Source of the DNA: Candidatus Sericytochromatia bacterium
GTDB lineage: Bacteria; Cyanobacteriota; Sericytochromatia; S15B-MN24; JAQBPE01
NCBI GenBank assembly: GCA_040400605.1
Contig: JBBAPZ010000018.1
Coordinates: forward strand, 1-23,551
Length of the DNA: 23,551 nt
Direction of reading: 5' to 3'
Shown: piece by piece, positions 18,969-23,551 of the stretch
Layout: each line of letters begins with the position of its first letter
Position numbering within the stretch: position 1 is the first letter of the stretch
Made by a program: the position numbers and the translations under genes
Notes under the pieces: model-generated
The model's database searches: none
Told to the model about the DNA's origin: nothing
What the model saw: only the letters and a program-made list of their open reading frames with translations

Positions 18969-19574
18969 ATGTCCAAGCGATTGTTTTTGGTTTGTGCCGT
19001 GGCCAGTGCATTGTTGAGTGCGTGTGGGGTTCCAGGCGTGCAGGGGGTCAGCGCAGCGGGTGGATCCATGACGGCTGAAGCCAAGAAGCGTTTGACGCCG
19101 CGGCCTACGCCGATGGTTGACACGTTGTTTGACTACACGATTCGTCAGGTGCGAGCGGCCAATGGGGTCACCCAGCAGGTAGAGCTTGCTTATGTGGTTG
19201 GATATGCGGGAGCCAAACGGGTGGACATGGTGACGCGGCGTTTTCGTGCGGATTGTGCCAAAGGGGCTGCAGCGGCTGAAGGCATGAAGGTAGTCAGGCT
19301 GGTTGTAAGCAATGAGTTGATGAGTTTGGATCGTGACGGCAGCAGCGGCAGGGTCATGCCAGAGAACAAAGGTTTGACGCTCATTCTGGATGGTAAGTTG
19401 AAGTCGGCACCGGCACCCAATGCGTTGGCGTTGGATGTTGAATTGAATCAAGTGGTGGGCAAGTTGAAAAAGGGCGAGCCGTTCCTGGAGAAGGGCGAAT
19501 CTGCCAAGGGTGAAGACTTGCAGGTTCTGCAAGCGTTTGCGAAGGCGACCCAGCAGGCACTGGCGGGTCGTTAG
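18969..19574 (+). CDS. Hypothetical lipoprotein
   Basis: AGGAG SD, signal peptide ending in lipobox LSA-C, and a downstream hairpin. No family recognised. Confidence 0.75.
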   Translation: MSKRLFLVCAVASALLSACGVPGVQGVSAAGGSMTAEAKKRLTPRPTPMVDTLFDYTIRQVRAANGVTQQVELAYVVGYAGAKRVDMVTRRFRADCAKGAAAAEGMKVVRLVVSNELMSLDRDGSSGRVMPENKGLTLILDGKLKSAPAPNALALDVELNQVVGKLKKGEPFLEKGESAKGEDLQVLQAFAKATQQALAGR

Positions 19575-19583
19575 ACTGTCCGC

Positions 19584-19621
19584 TTGGGCGTTGGTGATGG
19601 TGTGCGATCGCCAACGCCCAA
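19584..19621 (+). terminator. Stem-loop after the lipoprotein gene (likely terminator, hit by a MITE)
   Basis: TTGGGCGTTGG...CCAACGCCCAA stem. Confidence 0.55.
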
Positions 19622-19749
19622 CCATCAGAGTGACTGATTGTTCGTTAAATAATCGTTGTAACCATCCCGCACGCAACACCGGAAATCGGTTTGCTTACCC
19701 TTGCGTCTTATTTTGATGGTGAGCGTCCGATCGGTGAAATTGATGATTG
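19619..19749 (-). mobile_element. 131-bp MITE (family B) with 9-bp TIRs and a 12-bp TSD
   Basis: Ends CAACCATCA...TGATGATTG, flanked by ATCGCCAACGCC and GTCGCTAACGCC (10/12 match). Inverted homolog of 14313-14444. Confidence 0.78.
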
Positions 19750-19804
19750 GTCGCTAACGCCTGTGTTTTGGTCAAACTTGACATCACCGTCCTCATCGCG
19801 GGCT

Positions 19805-20572
19805 TCAATCGGTACTCCGCTTTGCCTGTTGGTTTCGAACAAGGGCTTGTAGCCAACCCGACAGGAGCGATGCTTCGTCCTGTGTGAGCAGTGTGCGTGT
19901 CAACAGGCGTTGTAAGGTGTGTCGTTTGCTTGCGTGGTGTCGCCCCCTCAACAAACCATGGGTCGTCAAGAACTCATTCAGGAATGTATCGAGTGAGGCA
20001 TTGTCATGGTCAACGGCGACGGTATTCAGTGGAATTGCTGTGGTCGAATGCGCGGGTTGGAGGTACCACTCGTAAGCGAGAATGGTTAAGGCGTGGGCGA
20101 GATTGAGACACGTGTCGGGTTCGCCCGGAATGGTCACGATTTGGTCCATTTGCAGCAATTCTGCATTGCTGAGCCCGTGTTTTTCGGTTCCGAACACGAT
20201 GGCAACGGGGCCGTGGACGCTGTGGGCCAGGGCCAATTGCGCGGCATCTCGTGGGGTGATCGATTGACGATCCGGACGCTGCTGGTCCCGGGCCGTCGTA
20301 CCCAATGCCAGCGCCACACCACGCAACGCGTCATCCAGGGTGTCGAACAAGCCTGCTTGACGCAAGATATCCTCGTTGCCGGCACTGGTTGCAACAGCCC
20401 TTGGATGCAGTGGGCTGACGCCGCCAACCAGCGCAAGCTTCTCAAGACCGAAATGCCGCATGCTGCGTGCAACGGCACCGACGTTTTCAGGTAAACTGGG
20501 CTGGTGCAAAATGATGCGGGTTTGTTGCAGCAAATTTTGTGTATCAGCACCGGACGTGTCAGTTTCGAGCAT
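19805..20572 (-). CDS. trmJ: SPOUT RNA methyltransferase, TrmJ/LasT family
   Basis: PENVGAVARSMRHFG, GTTAR, AIVFGTEKHGLSNAEL and LNLAHA..ILAYE. Confidence 0.85.
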   Translation of the reverse strand: MLETDTSGADTQNLLQQTRIILHQPSLPENVGAVARSMRHFGLEKLALVGGVSPLHPRAVATSAGNEDILRQAGLFDTLDDALRGVALALGTTARDQQRPDRQSITPRDAAQLALAHSVHGPVAIVFGTEKHGLSNAELLQMDQIVTIPGEPDTCLNLAHALTILAYEWYLQPAHSTTAIPLNTVAVDHDNASLDTFLNEFLTTHGLLRGRHHASKRHTLQRLLTRTLLTQDEASLLSGWLQALVRNQQAKRSTD

Positions 20573-21647
20573 AGCGTGCCCCTGGTAACTCGCGAATGTG
20601 GCCTGAAAGAACCAGTTTGAGTAAGTGAACAGAGAGTTGCGACAGACTTAATTTTGTTTGAATCAGTAATTCTTCCACGCTCAGGGCGTTGGCTGTCAAG
20701 GCCTTAACGATGCCTGCTTGAATGGGGTTGTCGAGTGTGTCGTGTGGATCCGTAACTTGTTTTAAACTGTTCCATCCCATCTCGTCGAAAATATCTTGAA
20801 CACTGGTGAGTAATCGCGCGCCTTCGAGAAGCAGTTTGTGGGGGCCGGCGCTCGCCGCCGAATCGATAGGGCCTGGCATCGCAAAGACCGTTTTGCCTTG
20901 TTCGAGTGCGAAATCACAGGTGATGAGCGAGCCGCTTTGCAAGCCTGCTTCGATCACGATGGTGCCAGCGGTGAGCCCAGCGATGATGCGGTTGCGTTGG
21001 GGAAAGGTCCATTTGCCGGGGGGCGTTGCGGGAGGAAATTCGCTGATCAACGCCCCCTGTCGTGCGATCGCTTGGTACAAACGCGCATGGCCGCGCGGAA
21101 AAACATGATCATGACCACACCCAAGCACGCCGACCGTTGCCCCACCATCCCCCTGCAACGCGCCACGATGCGCAGCCGCATCAATGCCCGCTGCAACCCC
21201 GGACACGACAACAACCCCACACGCCGATAACTGCCTCGCAAAACGTTGCGCATGACCCAAACCATAAGGTGTCGCTTCCCGTGCGCCAACCATCGCCAGC
21301 GCACACCCGAATTCTGGCAGCGTGCCCCTCACATACAACAATGGCGGTGGATCCGTCAGTTGACGCAAAGATGCCGGATAAGACGGTTCAAACCAACTGA
21401 CGGCATGCAGCGCTTTTTTTTCCAACCACGCAAGCACATCCAACGGATCCAATTGCGCGTGCAAATGCTGAAAATGACTCAACTGCTCGGCTTTGAATGC
21501 CAAAATCGTGCCAAGACGCTCGGAGCGCTCAGCCCAAGCCCTTTCGAAACTCCCAAAATGCGCTTGCAAAAGCATCAAACGACGCATGGTCATGCCCGGC
21601 GCTTGATGAAATGCCACCAAAAAACGACGCTCGCTATCCATTTGCAT
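20559..21647 (-). CDS. dprA: DNA-processing protein DprA (Smf)
   Basis: YP..L....DPPPLLYVRG, MVGAR, VVSG.A.GIDAAAH, FPQRNRIIAG, EA...SGSLIT and a C-terminal winged helix. Its 3' end overlaps the trmJ start. The start could be 21641, 21647 or 21659. Confidence 0.95.
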   Translation of the reverse strand: MQMDSERRFLVAFHQAPGMTMRRLMLLQAHFGSFERAWAERSERLGTILAFKAEQLSHFQHLHAQLDPLDVLAWLEKKALHAVSWFEPSYPASLRQLTDPPPLLYVRGTLPEFGCALAMVGAREATPYGLGHAQRFARQLSACGVVVVSGVAAGIDAAAHRGALQGDGGATVGVLGCGHDHVFPRGHARLYQAIARQGALISEFPPATPPGKWTFPQRNRIIAGLTAGTIVIEAGLQSGSLITCDFALEQGKTVFAMPGPIDSAASAGPHKLLLEGARLLTSVQDIFDEMGWNSLKQVTDPHDTLDNPIQAGIVKALTANALSVEELLIQTKLSLSQLSVHLLKLVLSGHIRELPGARYARN

Positions 21648-22047
21648 GACCCCTGACACCCCCTTTCAATCTTTCATCGATGCCCTTTCCAGCGTACTTG
21701 TGCCATGACACAGTGCGCCATGACTTAAGCGCTCACTAACCCGCGATCGCATCCGTCAGAGCAAGGTGATGACCGTCTCCGATTGCAAATGAAGACGAGA
21801 CAGTGTCACACAACCGGCCTTGGCCAACGCACTGCCTGACAACAATCAGTGCTTGGCCTGCAATGAACCCAAATTTGATCGCCAACCTATCCGTGCCCGT
21901 ATCAAACGGTCCTGACCGGCATACAGCAGAGACGGTGATAAACTGTCATCACGCTTGGTATAACCGGCAGGTTAAATGTCGTAATCTTTTGTAAAAATTT
22001 CAGTTAAAATCAGCAAGTTTACTGATGGTTGCCCGATATAATATTTA

Positions 22048-22146
22048 TCAAGCGTGGCGCTTGAAAAAGTTTTTCTCTCTGATTCCTCCTCTCTCTCTCT
22101 CCAAAACAACAAACTGACCTGCCTACAGGCGGGTCAGTTTGTTGTT
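22048..22146 (+). ncRNA. Candidate ~100-nt small RNA with a C/U-rich (anti-SD-like) core
   Basis: TATAAT at 22037-22042, 5' hairpin TCAAGCG-TGG-CGCTTGA, core TTCCTCCTCTCTCTCTCTCC and a strong terminal hairpin. Confidence 0.45.
22105..22146. terminator. Bidirectional rho-independent terminator
   Basis: AACAACAAACTGACC...GGTCAGTTTGTTGTT 15-bp perfect stem extended by TGCC/GGCG. U-rich tails on both strands. Confidence 0.85.
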
Positions 22147-22189
22147 GATTCATCGGTCGGGGTTTTGACGGTCTCGAACGGGATTTGTC

Positions 22190-23440
22190 TCACAGGCGCA
22201 TGGTGTGGAGTTTATCCAGAAAACGCGCGTAGAAATTTTCGCGCGGCCCGATATCGATGATGTGTGGAACCTTTTTGAGTAAACCGTAGCCGATCCGATA
22301 CTTGTAAACCGCCAGTCGACGCAGCGTATCATAGGGATGGACCGCTTGCTGGAAAGCCGTTGATGTGAGTCGCTGAAAGCGTTCTGGCGTTCGATAGATA
22401 TCGCCCAGGCGCTCGGCCAGTACAAGTTGGCGATCGCGGGTCGCGCGGGTTCCCAAAACCAACTTCCGCAGGCGTTCCACTTCATCGTCAAGCACATACA
22501 CGGGCAATACGCCACGGCCCTTACCATCAAGAAAATCACGAAGTTCGGGGCGATCCACAGACCTTTCGACCGCGCCAAGATCCTCTTCCAGACCATCCAA
22601 CTGCTCACGCAATTCAGCCATCTCACGCGTCATCGCAGCGTTGGCCCGTTCGAGGTCTTCGACCCGTTGCTTCAAACGGGTGCGCTCAGCCAGTGTCTTC
22701 GCCCCTTGTTCCGCCACCTGATTTTTGAGCCGCTCATTTTCCTCGCGCAGTCGCTCAACCTCCAGACGAAGACGTGCCCACTCATCGTCGATGGCCACAT
22801 GCGAAGGTGGACGGACATTCGCGGCGGGCCCCGCCCACCGCTCAACCCCTGCGCGCACTTCAGCCCGTACCTGTTCCGGCCATCCCGGCAAAACGTCCGT
22901 CAATGCCACCAAACACGCCTTGAGACGGCTCCACTGCGCCTGACGTGGATCATCCTCATATTCCAGAATCGCCAACTCGAATGCATCCCATTCAGGTCGC
23001 TGCAAGCCCTTGCCTTCGCGGCGCAACCAAGCCAGATAGCGCGGTAAACTCTTGTGATAAGGCTGTGGGCTGAAACGCGGCGGATTGCCCGTGCGGCGCA
23101 AGTCGCCTGCTTCGGCCAAGCGATTGAGCATATCACCCAGATACCAAGCTTCCCGCTTGTCAACACCTTCCCGACTCGCAACCTGTTTCAGGGTCAAGCC
23201 ATTCGGTTCGCGTGAATCCGACAGGAGCGCCATCAATTGAAACCAAGCCTGCGCCGCCTCTTCTGTTCCCCCTACCGGAATCGGCGAGACTTGCCAATAC
23301 AAACCCGCTGAACGACGACGCCCACCGGATTCGGTGTTTTTTGCCGCTGTAGCGATCCAACGGCCAGGATCAGGCACTGACAATGATGATTGTCCCAATA
23401 CAGCCCAGGGCTCATCACGGTCTGGCACCAAACCCATCAT
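22190..23440 (-). CDS. Uncharacterised protein: winged HTH, coiled coil and C-terminal RelE/ParE-like domain
   Basis: Long clean ORF followed by a terminator. Heptad-rich residues ~229-303 and C-terminal LRRLAVYKYRIGY...IIDIGPRENFY (numbering of the 426-aa ORF). Start at ATG 23440 or GTG 23470. Confidence 0.75.
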   Translation of the reverse strand: MMGLVPDRDEPWAVLGQSSLSVPDPGRWIATAAKNTESGGRRRSAGLYWQVSPIPVGGTEEAAQAWFQLMALLSDSREPNGLTLKQVASREGVDKREAWYLGDMLNRLAEAGDLRRTGNPPRFSPQPYHKSLPRYLAWLRREGKGLQRPEWDAFELAILEYEDDPRQAQWSRLKACLVALTDVLPGWPEQVRAEVRAGVERWAGPAANVRPPSHVAIDDEWARLRLEVERLREENERLKNQVAEQGAKTLAERTRLKQRVEDLERANAAMTREMAELREQLDGLEEDLGAVERSVDRPELRDFLDGKGRGVLPVYVLDDEVERLRKLVLGTRATRDRQLVLAERLGDIYRTPERFQRLTSTAFQQAVHPYDTLRRLAVYKYRIGYGLLKKVPHIIDIGPRENFYARFLDKLHTMRL

Positions 23441-23501
23441 CCCCCCCCCCTCACCGTCATCCAACAACACACACCAACAGCACCAACATACCCGATTTGT
23501 C

Positions 23502-23551
23502 CACTTTGATGACGGATGCCGCCATCACTTTGATGACGGATGCCACAATCA
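23502..23551. repeat. 24-bp tandem repeat, truncated by the window edge
   Basis: CACTTTGATGACGGATGCCGCCAT and CACTTTGATGACGGATGCCACAAT, then CA, which may begin a third unit. Confidence 0.8.

Noticed and set aside
18906..19679. 257-aa minus-strand ORF
   Set aside because: Opposite the lipoprotein gene, which has an SD and lipobox. It starts inside a MITE.
22028..22056. Possible dif/Xer site in the AT-rich patch
   Set aside because: No match to the XerD arm TTATGTTAAA. A -10 element plus hairpin explains it better.
22054..22260. 68-aa plus-strand ORF as a possible protein antitoxin
   Set aside because: It has no SD, runs through the terminator hairpin and CT tract, and has no antitoxin-like features.
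22427..23047. 206-aa plus-strand ORF
   Set aside because: Antisense shadow of the coiled-coil/RelE-like gene.
23502..23551. Possible CRISPR array at the window edge
   Set aside because: The units are directly adjacent with only a 5-bp variable part, and there are no spacer-length sequences or cas genes.

Overview
A bacterial chromosomal window of moderately high GC, mostly housekeeping and accessory genes. In order: MutT/NUDIX hydrolase, glnA (GSI-alpha-like), a divergent beta-carbonic anhydrase coupled to icd, a CPA1/NhaP antiporter, an N-acyl-D-amino-acid deacylase with an Mpo1/DUF962 gene, a VWA lipoprotein, a short PPase-like protein, TlpA, treS, a YheT-like hydrolase, an AmpD-type amidase, a GHL10/DigH-like glycosidase, an orphan lipoprotein, trmJ and dprA. 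The right end is the most unusual part. It holds an uncharacterised ~416-aa protein that appears to join a winged helix with a Z-alpha-like wing, a long coiled coil and a C-terminal RelE/ParE-like domain. Its start codon is preceded by a G10 tract, it faces a candidate ~100-nt C/U-rich small RNA, and a 24-bp tandem repeat lies at the window edge. The intergenic DNA carries at least two dispersed MITE-like repeat families, one nested in the other and flanked by target-site duplications. The cyanobacterial HIP1 octamer GCGATCGC occurs 11 times, although no photosynthesis genes lie in the window. All calls come from reading the sequence by eye; no database searches were run.
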